Shown here piece after piece: positions 1 to 12,168 of a stretch of 64,000 nt of DNA. This DNA comes from Massalongia carnosa (Eukaryota). Numbering within the stretch: position 1 is the stretch's first letter; every line of letters starts with the position of its first letter. The position numbers and the translations under genes were made by a program. The stretch is from the NCBI GenBank assembly GCA_965645245.1, contig OZ287067.1:434001-498000 (forward strand), read 5' to 3'. Below the pieces are notes generated by a model. The model made no database searches and had not been told where the DNA came from. It worked only from the letters and a program-made list of their open reading frames with translations.

Positions 1-1659
1 AAAAGTTACAGAATCCTATGAAAGATCGCACTTCACGAAGACAGGTGGGGACTTCCCAAGTGACTATGGCCTGAACCTTGGCTGGATCCATTTTTATTCC
101 TTCCGTGGTGATGATTAACCCCAAGTACTTGACTTCAATAACATGAAATTCGCACTTGTCTACACCACTTGAAGACCAGCTTCTTGAAGTTTGGCCAACA
201 CTTTTCGGACATGTTCTTGATGTTCTGTAACATTCTTGCTGTAGATCAAGATGTCGTCCAAGTAGGCCGAGCAGAATTTATCCAGGTACTCGAACAGAAT
301 GTCATTGATGAAATGCTGCCAGGAAGAAGGTCCGCCGGTCAGTCCGAATGGTAACACCTTGTATTTGTACGCTCCAAAGCGGCAATTGAAGGTGGTAAGG
401 TCCTCGGATTCCCTGGCCATTCTCAGCTTGTGAAAAGCCTGTCGAATGTTCAGTTTGGAAAACACTTTGGCTTCCTTCAACTGGGCTAGCGTTTCATCAA
501 TCAAGGGCAATGGATATCTATCTTTCTTACTTAGTTGGTTCAATTTTCTGTAATCAACACAGAAACAGAGTCCTCCACCTGGTTTCTTGGCTAATAGGAT
601 AGGAGAAGAACATGCGGCATGACTGGCCTCTATGAACCCCTTTCTTAGATTGTCCTCTAGATATTTCTTCACGAACTCCAATTCCATGCGGGACATACTC
701 CTCAAATAGCTGTGTCCATGATCTTGATCTCCGGTCAACAGGATCCTGTGATCGTATGGGCGATGAGGTGCTAGCTCATCTGGTTCAGCTTTGGAGAATA
801 CCTTCAGAAAGTCATGATATTCTTCAGGAACTTTGGTCTTCGGGTCGGTAGGAGTCGAACTTTCCTTGTTTAGTTGATAGTCAATGTCCCTCAGAGAAAT
901 TGCGAATAGTTGAACGTCTTTCTCCTTGGTCAGTGATTTATAGGCCGCAGCCCCTATGAGGGCGCAGTCTATCGGCTTATCTTCAGCAGATGACTTTTGT
1001 GATATTCTTTCTGATAGTTCTTTTCCGATTTTCTTAAAAGGTACCGACAATGGGGCGGATCGTTCCGTACAGGTCTCTTCCGGTCGGACTAGGATTTGCT
1101 GGACCGTTCGGGTCTGTTCTGGTTTGTTCGAAGCCGACGTTGTCTGCCTCATCATTTTCATCGGCGTTGGCAGTCCAGGGGCGCCAGGATGGGTGCAATG
1201 CTCAGGCCAGAACATGATCTTGTCGTCCTTCATGTCCAGGAGGAGTCTGTGCTTCCTCATCCAAGGTTTTCCTAGAATCATTCCGTGCTGCCCTAGTTTG
1301 GTGATCAGCAATGGTAATAAATTCTCACGATGATCCTGCATCGTCATGGTGGGATAAATGGCATGGGTAATATTAGGGGCCCGTCGTCCATCAAATCCTC
1401 GCACCGGTTTGGGTTTCGTCAGTTTCTGGGGTTCGATTTGAAGTTGTTCACAAATAGTGCGCACCATTGATTCGTCGATAAAAGCATGTCGCGTAGCACC
1501 GGTGTCTAAAAGAGCATCAAGCTTTATCTCATTCCTGTTACCTAACGTACATGCATGAACAAAAGGTTCATCGGTGAACAAATCACCAGGTAATTAGGAA
1601 GAGGAAATCCATAGAGGTTCCTCCTCATCCGCGCCTTCAGATGAGGTTATTCTTTTCCC
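1..1659 (-). pseudogene. pol: pol (aspartic protease + reverse transcriptase), interrupted, truncated by the window edge
   Basis: ORF 160-1581 with DTGA and YLDD motifs. TAA at ~1594 upstream in the same frame. A 1-nt frameshift near 160 (DKCEFHVIEVKYLG continues in another frame). Confidence 0.92.
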
Positions 1660-2920
1660 GTCTCGCCGCTCATTTCGTGGATAGTGGCTTTGGAAGTTTT
1701 GCTGCAGTCTTTTGCCAAATGTCCCTTTTCTTTGCAGTAAAAACACCTACCTTCCTTCGTTAATTGTTCTCATTCCAAACGTGGCGATGTGACAGCAGGT
1801 TCAATAGGGACGGAGTGAGAAGGTAAGGTTGAAGGTTTGGATGCAGGAATGTCCACTCTAGGCTTGAAGGCTGTTGATGCTTTGATGACGTTTTTCCTTC
1901 CTTCGTTCATTCGATCATAGCTCGCTTTTGAACTCTCGACATCTTTCAAAGCTTGAAAAATTCGCTGGCAACGATGAGCATACTCATAAATGTCCGTGGG
2001 TTCCTGATTTCCGATGGCCAGTTGCCTTTTCATGTCCAAGGAGAGCTTGTGAGTGAGTTCATCAATAAGGGTGGAGGGGCTATAATCTAACTCCGAAGAT
2101 AGTCGTTGAAATTCGGACCAGAAAGAATTGAAGTCCTTACTTCCCATGCGCAAGGCCCTAAATGCCTTCATAGCAGTGTGTTTTCGATTGGGGCCCCCAT
2201 AAATTCGTCCAATAATTCCAACATTTCCTTAGCGGTCTCGAAAGGTTTGGCGGCCCCTTTCCTCAGTCTGGCTTCCATTTGTCGCATGGCATCACCATTC
2301 ACTCAGTTCTCTACATAGGCTTTTCGCAATATCTCGGTTGGCATATGGTCCTCATTGGCCAACAACTTGCTTCGCATTTTGGCTAGCCAATGATCGATGT
2401 TCGGTTCCCTTCCGTCGGAAAATACGGGTGGGTCAGGAAGCTTCATGGAACGTTTTTCCTTTTGACTGATGGTGGAAAAGAGGTAGTAGCAACATCCGGT
2501 CGTCGCTCTTCGATCAATGTCAACCTAAGCTTTTCGACTTCCTTTTGTAAGTAATTTACTACTCCTTCTTGTTGGTCCATCAGGGAGAGGAGTCGGCTCG
2601 TGGTGTTCTTTCCTTTGGCCGCTTCAGCTTGGGCCTCTTCATAACTTTCCTTGATGGCTAGGATCATCTATAACACTGCCTGCTCATCCTGGAGCATCCA
2701 TGTCCTCAGATGTTCTATGGTCTGGATCATGGAAGGGTCTTCTGCTTCTAGTTGAGTTTCTTCTTCTGGCAGGGCCGGATAATGAACGGAGTCCTGTTCT
2801 GGTTCTAGTTCTAGTTTTAGTTCATGACGATTCGCCATGGTCTCTAATTCTGGTTCTGGATCTAAATAGGGTTCTGGGTACCACGCTGTAGGGGTGGCGG
2901 CCTTCTAGTTCTGGATCTAT
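1647..2920 (-). pseudogene. gag: gag (retrotransposon capsid + CCHC zinc knuckle), interrupted
   Basis: ORF fragments 2443-2667 and 1770-2171. Reading past the TGA at 1770 gives GRCFYCKEKGHLAKDC...ETGKE*. The 5' boundary is approximate. Confidence 0.85.
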
Positions 2921-2969
2921 GGGGTGGGTTATTTTGTATCCTCCACGATGGATAGCAGGGTAAAAAGAG

Positions 2970-2981
2970 ATCTTTGATATT
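2970..2981 (-). promoter_or_regulatory. Primer-binding site complementary to the element's own LTR (self-priming type)
   Basis: Plus 2970-2981 atctttgatatt is the exact reverse complement of LTR 3041-3052 aatatcaaagat and lies 1 nt from the LTR boundary. Confidence 0.75.
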
Positions 2982-2982
2982 A

Positions 2983-3331
2983 TGTGACGGTTCAACCAGG
3001 ATGTGGAATTGACTATCTACTGGGAAGCTATGCACTAGAAAATATCAAAGATGCAGAAAGGAAACAAGTAAAAGGTGCCCTCTCTTGGAGTCTATATAGA
3101 TAATCGCTTGGCCCGATCCAGCTGCTTGTGTCTTCATCAATAAGTGAACAGTTTGGTCAAACAGTCTTTCTGCCCATTGTCCCTTTCATCCATTTGTGTT
3201 TGCTTTAGAAGGTCGTTCCGATGCGTCCCTTTCAGTCCTTTCAGACCCTCCGTTGATTGCCCCTATGATTGCTAGGGTTGAGTAACGGAAGCGGTTAGTG
3301 CGCCGGCAGATGCCGTAGTTGAACCGTGACA
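2983..3331 (-). repeat. 5' long terminal repeat (349 bp)
   Basis: Minus strand begins TGTCACGGTTCAAC and ends GTTGAACCGTCACA (TG...CA with ~14-bp inverted ends). TATA-like TCTATATAGA at 3091-3100. Confidence 0.9.
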
Positions 3332-3565
3332 AGCTTGACTAACGTTATTCATCATCCAAAACTGCAGCTGACGTTCTTATTGGTCTTGACAGCATATCGA
3401 ACCGATCTTGTAATCAATAGCTCCTGATGAAGATGATAAATCCAAATTACGGAGAGAAAGGTTGATGTTTTCGATGAAAAGATGTTCGCTGATTGATGTA
3501 TTCATCCCACTATGTAGCGCACCAACCGAAACCGGAATCGATCAGAAAGACATGGCATCTATGAC

Positions 3566-6067
3566 TAACACCCCCCAAGCTAACCAAATCGGGTATGATT
3601 CCGAGGTTCACCCGCCCGATCAAAGCACACGATAAGATGGAAATGGGAAATGAGGGCTTCTGCAATGTATGGTAAACAGGCATATAGACGAGCAGCTTTT
3701 TCCCTTCGAGGTAATTACATTCTGAAGGCCTGAAATAAACCGACTCCATCTACTGCAATTGATTGAATGACATCGCCGGAGGTCCCTCCTTCACCACCTC
3801 GTCCCCTTCCTCTAGCCCTTGCTACCCCTCGCCCTCGTCCTCGGCCCCGAGTCGAAGGTCCATTTAATGCTTCCTCAATACGTTCAAATCCGGAGGGCTC
3901 CCGCTGGGTAGAGTTGTTAGCCTCTCGCTGAGCCCTTTCCGTTTGTAACCGTTCATTTCTCATTGCGATTGTAGGGCGTCCACGGGGACGCGCTACTATC
4001 TCGGGTTCATGCACTAAAAGTAAGGGATCAATGACATTTGGAGGAGGTGTGTCATGACGATGAGCCTGTTCTGGAGGGCGCTGAAACCACCACTTGACGT
4101 GAATATCATCTCGCTGAAGCACGTTGGGGGCCGGGCCAGACAGTCGAACCTGATTGCAATAGAATTAGTACGTTTTCGGGGCTATTTCGTTCAGTTTATC
4201 AACTTACCTCCCTCGATTTCATGAGCGCATGGTAGCCCCATTGTCGCTCGAAAAGTTCCCGTGCAAGGTGGTAGACGGGTGTTTTGATTCATAAAACGTT
4301 CATACTGATCATGAATTTTCAACAGGGCGAATGGTGTAATGTGAGCCCGTACATCGCTGTAAAAAGGTTTTCGTAATCTGGTGGGAAATCGAATTTTGGC
4401 CTCATTCAATTTTATAACATACCTTGATGTTGATTATTTATCAGCAGGTCGATGTTATCCACTACCTTTTTCAAATCACCTGTGGAAAAGCCCAATTGAT
4501 GCTTTAAAACTGCATGACCACCCTCCACCCTCGACGTGACGGTGTTGTTGAAATGAAGGATTTTGTCGACATAAACCTTGACGAATTTATGTTTGTATGG
4601 GCCCAGCCAGGTGTCTATCAAATACTGCACTTCCATTGGATGCTCAGTTGAATAAGCGTCATTGAGGGCATCCCAATTGATATCATACTCTTCCTCCGTC
4701 TTCGAATAAACCACTGCATGCCACATGACTTCGAAAGCTATCCAATCATCATCGGGGTGCTCATTGCTTCTGAATATCGGTTTCCAGATGTCTTGAACAC
4801 AGATGTGAATATGTCACACGCATAGAAGATGACGTGTGTCAGGAAAAACCTTGTAAATGGCCGCCATCAAACCGACATCGCGATCGGTCACCACCACCTT
4901 TGGATATGGGATTTCAAGCTTACGATAGAGGTGCTTTAATTGTTGCAGAAACCAGATATAGTCTTCCTGACGTTCTTGACGAAGGAAGGAAAACCCTACA
5001 TAGAAAGAGGTGTTTAATGCTTTTGTTCCCATGGTTGATATCAATGGTAGTTTATATCTGTTGGTTTTATACGTGCAGTCCATTATTAACACGTCCGGGT
5101 TCGCTTTCAAAGTGTTTTGACTCGTGTCTTTACTGAAATAAAGATGAGTGATTCGATCAGAATTATCCTTGAGGTGAGACGAATCCCTACAGTGTTTAGT
5201 ATATAAATCGAAAGAAAAATACCTTCAAAGACTTACCAATGATCGCGATTTAATTCTTTCAATAATGCTTGTATAGGAGACAGTATTCCCAAAGCCTTGT
5301 GTCGAATTACCGCCTTTGCATTGTAGATGTCTTGACGTTTGAAAATGGGATTATCGTCATTTGTTTCATCGCTTTGCCCCAATCGCAATGTCGAAACAAT
5401 TTGACTCGGTTATTTGAACCTTTGTGGCGCGCACAATTTCCTCGTTTATAGCTGGGGTGAGGGCGATTTTTCTGAGCGATGGATGGGCGCCTTCGACAGT
5501 AGCAAAATCGTTGTGATCTGGATTACGAATGTCGCGAACTATCCAGCCGTCATCCTTCCGTTTGACTACTATGGAGAATGGACAATCGGCGTTCCTGGAG
5601 GCTCCATGCAAGCGCTTTTGGCCCCGGGGCTGACGCTCTTTTCTCCCTTGATCACAACAAATGTAGCATGTGTCCACTAGACCGGTGGTTGAGGATTTTT
5701 TGGTCCGAAGTTGACAGACCGCATATCCTTGAGGGCCGTCATGTTTTTGCATGACGAGAATCAGAAGATCGAGAGAACCATAAGTCTCCTGCAGCATGAA
5801 CAGTGGTGCAAGAGTCATGATGATGGCGGACGATTATTGATTGTGTTTACATGTGTTGAAATATATGACTATGACTATATGGCTATGTAATATATAAGAT
5901 GGTCACCCTCTACTAAGCGAAGTGATAATAGTTTATCCGAGCCTAGGTTGCTTAAGACACCGCTGAAGGTCTTAAGTAACCGATACGGTTAGACTGCTGG
6001 TTGAAGTTCAGGTGGGCGGGTGAACCTCGGAATCATACCCGATTGGGTTAGCTTGGGGGGAGTGTTA
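3566..6067 (-). mobile_element. Mutator-like (MULE) DNA transposon with ~52-bp terminal inverted repeats
   Basis: Left TIR taacaccccccaagctaaccaaatcgggtatgattccgaggttcacccgccc (3566-3617) matches the reverse complement of ~6014-6067 with 1 mismatch and 1 indel. It encloses a MULE transposase. Confidence 0.9.
3715..5818 (-). pseudogene. MULE transposase (FAR1-like N-terminus, MULE DDE domain, SWIM-like motif, AT-hook-like RGRP), disrupted
   Basis: Fragments GYAV..CDQG..CPFSI; LIMDCTYKTNRYKLPL; VVTDRDVGLMAAI..HLLCV*; TSRVEGGHAVLK; CTGTFRATMGLPCAH; RPRGRP. Stops and frameshifts lie between fragments. Confidence 0.9.
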
Positions 6068-6160
6068 ATGTAGTAAGATGGGGTGTCAAGGTGTCCCGGA
6101 ATTAGATGCCAAAGATATTCATAAAACTCCTTGTAAACAAGTCACTAAACGTCAGCCTCG

Positions 6161-7438
6161 ATGAGCCGGGATTATGGACTCAAATGGGAAGATGGACTGA
6201 TGGGTTCACGGGCATGTTGGACGGTGGATCCGTCGATCAAAGTGATCGCTGAAATCGCCCATCGTCATCTAAAGTTATCGGTCGAGGATATCGCCCAAAC
6301 CAAAATCACCTTTCAGTTTCAGGGCGCATTCAACAAGTTATACGCCGTCGAGTGTCCAAAGGGATCGTTCTTCATGCGCGTGTCTTTACCCGTCGACCCG
6401 CACTTCAAGACTGAGAGTGAAGTGGCCACAGTCCGGCACCTTCAATCCCGAACATCAGTCCCTGTACCGAATATAATTGCCAGCCAATCCTCGAGCGACA
6501 ATGAGTTGAGATTCGAATGGATCCTCATGGAACGTGTTCACGGGCTGCCTCTCGCCGATGTTTGGGTTTCGCTTCCATGGGATGCTAAGGTGTCTTGCGT
6601 AAAAGATGTGGCGATGATCATGGCGCAACTCTTTGAGGTGAGATACGATGCGATTGGAAATCTTCTCAATGCGAAAAATCTGTCGATAGAGTCGGAGCGC
6701 CCGCCTCATAACGATGCCGCTGAGTCAAATGCTGTGGTTGTTGGTCGGATAGTGTCGATGATTTTTTTCTGGAACAAACATCTGACTATGAATGTTCCTC
6801 GTGGCCCGTTCGCTTCAAGCAAAGAGTGGTTGGAAGCCAGATTCCAACTGATGGAAGAGGACTGTCGTAGTGTTTTGGAATCCCAGGATGCCGACGAAGA
6901 CGATATTGAGGACATGGAGCTGGCCCAGGAACTGCTCAAGCGACTTCTGGCGCAACTTCCCTCCTTGTTCCCTTCGAATACCACCGAGCGCGAAAAATTC
7001 GCTCTACATCACGATGACATCTCTCGACATAACCTGATTATTGATTCGAAAGAAACACTGCAGGCCCTGCTCGACTGGGAATGCGTCTCCGTCATGCCAT
7101 TGTGGATGGGATGTCAAATTCCCTCTTTCATTGAAACGGCCGAACGGACAGAAAGACCAGACCCGGAAAGGTACACCATATCTTCGCAAGACAGTAGCAA
7201 TTCTCTTTACCAAGAGCATCTCGATGAGTACGAGTGTACACGACTACGAGAATGCTTCTTGGAGGAAATGGCAAGATTGGCACCCGGGTGGATCACAGAA
7301 TACCAAACATCAAGATCCAAGGCAGATTTCGATAAGGCGTTGGCGAACTGCGACGGCGGGTTCGGGGCAAAGATGGTGAAGAGATGGTTAGATCACCTTG
7401 AGGCTGGAGGGGAGTATCGGAGTCTACATGATTTCTGA
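6161..7438 (+). CDS. Phosphotransferase (APH/choline kinase-like) family protein, intronless, intact
   Basis: 425-aa ORF with QGAFNKLY, SEVATV, VPVPNI, FEWILME, LHHDDISRHNLII and LLDWECV motifs typical of fungal APH-family kinases. Confidence 0.88.
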   Translation: MSRDYGLKWEDGLMGSRACWTVDPSIKVIAEIAHRHLKLSVEDIAQTKITFQFQGAFNKLYAVECPKGSFFMRVSLPVDPHFKTESEVATVRHLQSRTSVPVPNIIASQSSSDNELRFEWILMERVHGLPLADVWVSLPWDAKVSCVKDVAMIMAQLFEVRYDAIGNLLNAKNLSIESERPPHNDAAESNAVVVGRIVSMIFFWNKHLTMNVPRGPFASSKEWLEARFQLMEEDCRSVLESQDADEDDIEDMELAQELLKRLLAQLPSLFPSNTTEREKFALHHDDISRHNLIIDSKETLQALLDWECVSVMPLWMGCQIPSFIETAERTERPDPERYTISSQDSSNSLYQEHLDEYECTRLRECFLEEMARLAPGWITEYQTSRSKADFDKALANCDGGFGAKMVKRWLDHLEAGGEYRSLHDF

Positions 7439-8519
7439 AGAATTCCATTCAAATCTACTCCTGCCGAAAGACGTCTCTGACCTAGCTTTTCGCTGCCCAT
7501 GATTCATGCGATAGATTTCGAAAATGGCTACGGGCAAGACCACCAACTCACGACAACCCCCTCCCCTCCACAACTCCTCCCAGTTCTTTGGCGTGCATTC
7601 TTTCGCTCCCTACACCTCGCCGAACCCCATACTCATCCACCCCTAATGACCGTTCTGCCTCGTCCCAACCAGCGAACAAGTGCTCTCTCTGTCTACCTTC
7701 ACGATAGAAATTATGCCTTGAAACAGGACAGGGGGATCGGGAAAAGATCGTTTCACCCCCCTTATCACCACCATAAATTCCTTCAAAGATAACTGATGAT
7801 AAGGAGAGACGCAACGCCTAAAGCGCCCTTTCAAACAGCCTGCAATCTTCCATCTCCTTCAATCCAGGAGCTATTTACAGAAAAAAATATACATTTATTC
7901 CCGTTGGCCCTATAATATAATCAACTCCTCTCCAAAGCGAATTTTTGCGTTAGTTAAAGTTGGCGGATTCGTTCGTTTGTCCCACCAAAAACAAAAGAAA
8001 GAGAGAAAGAAACTTTTAATTAAAGATTAATTCAACGTATCACCAAGGAAGCAATCGGGTGCACCGCAACATAGCTGGAAGATAACTAATCCAAACCAGC
8101 AAGAATGTAGTTAAGCGGAGAGAAAGTTTCAGAAGATTGCAGATTTTTCTCAATCTAACCCCGTTCACCCCATTCAACCTATCTTTTTTTGTGATTCTGG
8201 GAGTGGACTCAGGCAGGCAGGTAAGCAAGCGCCCCGCCCATCCATCCCATCTAGCCGTTTTGCAATACCTACAGTATCCGAAAGAATAAGATCGGCATGT
8301 GTGATTGTACCTGCCTACCTTCCGTCCGTCCGGAGTCGGCTGGCTACCTAGCTGACTGACAAAAAACCCGACAAAAAACCCGACAAAAACCCCCCGACTG
8401 AATCGACCCAATCGAACCCCATCGCGCGCAGAGGAGGTACACAGTCAAAAACATAAGATAGGTAGGTAGGTTTTATTTTTGGCGGGCAGTTCTGTGTGTA
8501 TATATGTGTGTATTTGCCG

Positions 8520-9531
8520 ACTTTATGTAAAAATCCCCGAGAATCACCCCAGGCCCGGGGCAATCATCATGAAAAATCAACTCTTTCATACATTCGAAAA
8601 TAAAAGTGAAACAATCGGTCGATTCGGAAGTTATATAGCAATAAGCGACGGGAAACGAAAGGTCGGTGTTAGTGATTCCAACCAAAACGGATAAAGGCAA
8701 GTTCAATTTATTAGTATTGAACGTTGCATCCGTTTCTAATAAAAACCCACCCGCGAAACGTCGAGCCAGCCTAATTTGCTCTGCATTGCAAAAAAAAAGT
8801 TGTTCTATCACCCGTCTCTCACGCACATTTTTCTTAACAATATATTTTTCCTTACACCGTACATGAAAGGCCCTGTCTTTCAACGAGCCCAAGGCAAAAA
8901 GAAGCTCTTCTTCAGGCGTGTGAGCTCCCTCAAAATGAGCGAGATTATAATAATCGCTCCTCGACAGACGGAGTCCTTAGATTCCTAATATTCTCGCTGC
9001 TTGGCCATATTGGGTTGACGATGCACGGAGACTCTTCCCTTGATCTAGGGCATCTGTTCGATCAGGGTCCCTACTATGATGTTCTCTGAATGCAAAGGGA
9101 TCAGTGGCCATCTCATGATTGTGCTCGGAGTTAGTGATTATTAGTCTCCATGCTTTATCTTTGTTTTTTTTGAGACGGAGGCAATAAGGGCACTCATTGA
9201 ACGAAACTTTGGTATTGGCTCGCACCCGGTCTTCCTCCTCTACTTTTCTAGTGTTTCTAACTCTTTTGTGGTGGCGTGTGCAGTCTAATACGATTAAATG
9301 GTTTTTCTTATCGTGAGTTTCTGTGACCAACGCGAAGCCTTGGGTGAAGGCATAGTCTCGAAGACGAGTCTTTGCCTCCTCCCAAGACGAAAATAACTCA
9401 TTCTCTTGCGGAGGGAGGAGATGAGGTGGGGTAAGAAGGGCAATGGCATGTTGCTTCCGTGCATCCAAAGAAGTGGGATCGAACTCCATCGCGATGAGGA
9501 GTAGTAAAATATATAATATGAGGTATAGCAT
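8520..9531 (-). pseudogene. Second MULE transposase, 3'-truncated remnant
   Basis: FAR1-like GFALV..C..CPY..HNH, then LETDATFNTNKLNLPLSVLVGITN..FPVAY..PGVILGDF, after which similarity stops abruptly. Confidence 0.85.
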
Positions 9532-9595
9532 AAGTGGAAGGGGAGATTTAGGGAGGGTAGAGGGTTAGGACAAGGGCAAGGGCAAATGGTAAGTG

Positions 9596-9708
9596 AGGGT
9601 GAGGCTGAGGGTGAGGCTGAGGGTGAGGCTGAGGGTGAGGCTGAGGGTGAGGCTGAGGGTGAGGCTGAGGCTGAGGCTGAGGCTGAGGCTGAGGGTGGGG
9701 GTGAGGGT
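9596..9708. repeat. Compound hexamer microsatellite (GAGGGT/GAGGCT)n
   Basis: Directly visible tandem array. Confidence 0.95.
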
Positions 9709-10164
9709 AATCAACCTTAGTTCATTGAACCAACCTTAGCTGCTTGAACGAAGCACTAGCCGGCTAGCCGATCCGAAAGGAACTAAGCTTAACTACTGTG
9801 TAGGTATTCCGTACCTGCATTTACGTAAGGCTATCATGAACGTCTCACGTCAGCTAAACCCCGGACACCCCAATCTTAACGTCAACTCCAAACCCAGCTT
9901 CAACGCCAATCTCTATCCCGCGTTGTTAATCAACATCTATCAACAAGAACAACGTTACGTGCCAAGCTGGGTCAACTCTATCACAGCGAACGAGGACATA
10001 GACCGCATTATTTATCGTAGTAAAAATTCTACATAATTCTTTCTGAAATTTGAACCTCAGACATCCTTTTTGTTGTATAATGTGGAATTTTTCCTTGATT
10101 ACACGAGATGAGGTGCACCGTTGGAGCTTTTTTTATCCCGCTTGCTAGCGTAAGACCTTCAACG

Positions 10165-11253
10165 TCAAGGTGGCGGATTCATTCCCGCAATATCCTTTGG
10201 TCTTGTCAAGTCATGACCGAAGTATGGCGCATTATGCCTCTTGCTCCATTCTACGATACCATCAAAGTTTCTGCATTGGTGTACGACATTAAAGTTAGGC
10301 CAAGGTGTCTCTCGTCTGCTGACCCAGTTGTGCGTATAGACTCCCACGTCAGCATCACACATGATTTTTTGACGCAGTATTTCTATGCAGTGATCTAATA
10401 TTTGTTAGTAGTCTGCCATATATGCATGAAACAGTCAGCGATGTGAGGAGTGACGGACCAACATGGGTGCGGAGCATTTCCGGCGAATCTCTCCAGGCCA
10501 CGGCTCGAGTGGAATAGTATTCCTTGTACGTGAACTGCCGCAGAAGATTCTACGATTTATTCGTGACCTTGGTTAGCTGGAGGATTACTGGGAGCAGCTG
10601 ATTGACGATGATCCGTATCCTGGAGCATCAGACTTACCAAGCAGTGTAGCTGATGGAAGACTTCCAGTTTGACATCGAAACCCCCACCCTGCCGCTCGCT
10701 CAATCTCACTGTGCTTTCGGAAACAGGTTGGTCCAAGTTTCGGAATTCCGATAGGGAGATACCGAAAGCCCCAACTGTGGATTCCATTGAACACTTCCGA
10801 GCAGGATGTCGCCTTCAGGGGAAGAAGGATCGCTTACCATCTTCTCCATGCGTGATGGATTTCCATGCGGCATCAACTTCAGGCCCTGGCGAGCCACGGA
10901 ACGGAGATGGATAGTCTAAGGTGCCATTGAATCTGATCTTGCGAATAGGGAGTGCAGCTTGGAGAGCAGGCGCTTTCGAAATGTTAGATGTTGACTAAAG
11001 AGAGCGTGGGATCCGACTTACACCATGAGGACTGTGCCTGAAGGCACGCCAGTTCGATGTCTGCATTGGCCTTCATTGCCAAATTAATCGATAGTAGGGA
11101 AATGAATGCAACCCCAGTGAAATGAAAGACCCAAAGTGCAACTCTCCAGCGGTTTCTTGAGTGTGACCGGGTCAGTTCGTATGATCTGGGAGCTAAGAAG
11201 GGTTCGGCGGATGAATCGTCAGCCTCTTTGTTTGCGTAATAAACTTCCTCCAT
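10165..11253 (-). CDS. UstYa/DUF3328-family oxidase (fungal RiPP oxidative cyclase), 5 exons, ~274 aa, intact
   Basis: Exons 11253-11022, 10972-10838, 10774-10638, 10549-10459 and 10394-10165 join in frame (825 nt) via GT-AG introns. The protein has an N-terminal TM helix, WSPA..FRGSPGPEVDAAW, VFHQLHCLNLLR, THVDHCIEILRQKIMCDAD and HQCRNFD. Confidence 0.95.
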
Positions 11254-12168
11254 CTTCTAAAGAAAAAATCAATTGGTAACGTAGAGGTTTTGAGGAAGTA
11301 GCGAAAAGTGCGCTATAACCTTGCACTTGAGGGCAACAAAGCGCAGGTCTTGAAGAGTTTCGGTGAAGAAAGCAGAGTAGATATCAAGGATGAAGACGAG
11401 CAGAAGACTCAATATCTGTACAAGATTATTGGAAGGTCTTGGCCAAATCGCGTGATTTTGACATCTTACCCGAGATCTTAACGCCAGGTAATAAGGTACG
11501 AATAACGGCTAACTCGATTGAATCGGTCTCGGCTTTGGTCTCCAACCAGGATGGCTTGACTCTCGTACCGGCAGTCTCACATCACTATCTCACCTCAGAT
11601 CGGGGTGAGATTCTATCTATCATCCCGTTTTTTGGTAAAGAGTAGAATACGAACGTCGGCAGCGAAACAGTAAGTCGGTGAATTTCTAGCACTCATCTTT
11701 AAAGATGACTTTGAATTGCCGAAGCACACCGCAACTTCAGCTTACCCCAACGCGACCTTACCGAAAGAATTGAGTTTTCGTAAGACTGTCATCTGCTTTC
11801 GGACATCTCCGAGTATAATGTTAAAATCTGCTGGACGGGATGTGAAGAAAAGAATTGGTTGCATGCGTAAGACAAATGCCAATACTGACTGCATACGATA
11901 TTGTATCTTGGAATAATTCAGCTTCATATGTAACAACTTTCATCAAGATATTTGATAGTCCGAAAGAGTATATAGGTTACTTGATGTTCTTCTGTTTTCA
12001 TTTTACTCCGTACGTTCTCAGCATCTTTATTCGATCCAACTCACTTCCCATCCATTTAGATCTACACTTTATCGGTTCTATTATATTTCACTGCCTTTAT
12101 CCCAACTTCCTACACATATTTAAAAAAGAAAACTTAATCCGATAGACGGTTTTCTATCTTGAGTTAAT

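Larger units (their letters stand above)
1..3331 (-). mobile_element. Ty3/Gypsy (Tf1/chromovirus-like) LTR retrotransposon, 5' part; continues beyond the left edge of the window; degraded
   Basis: LTR at 2983-3331, then gag with a CCHC knuckle, then pol in the order protease (LLDTGA) - RT (DYRKLN, LPFGL, YLDDILIY). In-frame stops and frameshifts are present. Confidence 0.95.

Noticed and set aside
8260..9810. TIRs for the second MULE
   Set aside because: Only short (8-11 bp) inverted matches such as tacacagt/actgtgta were found, which is not enough to define ends.
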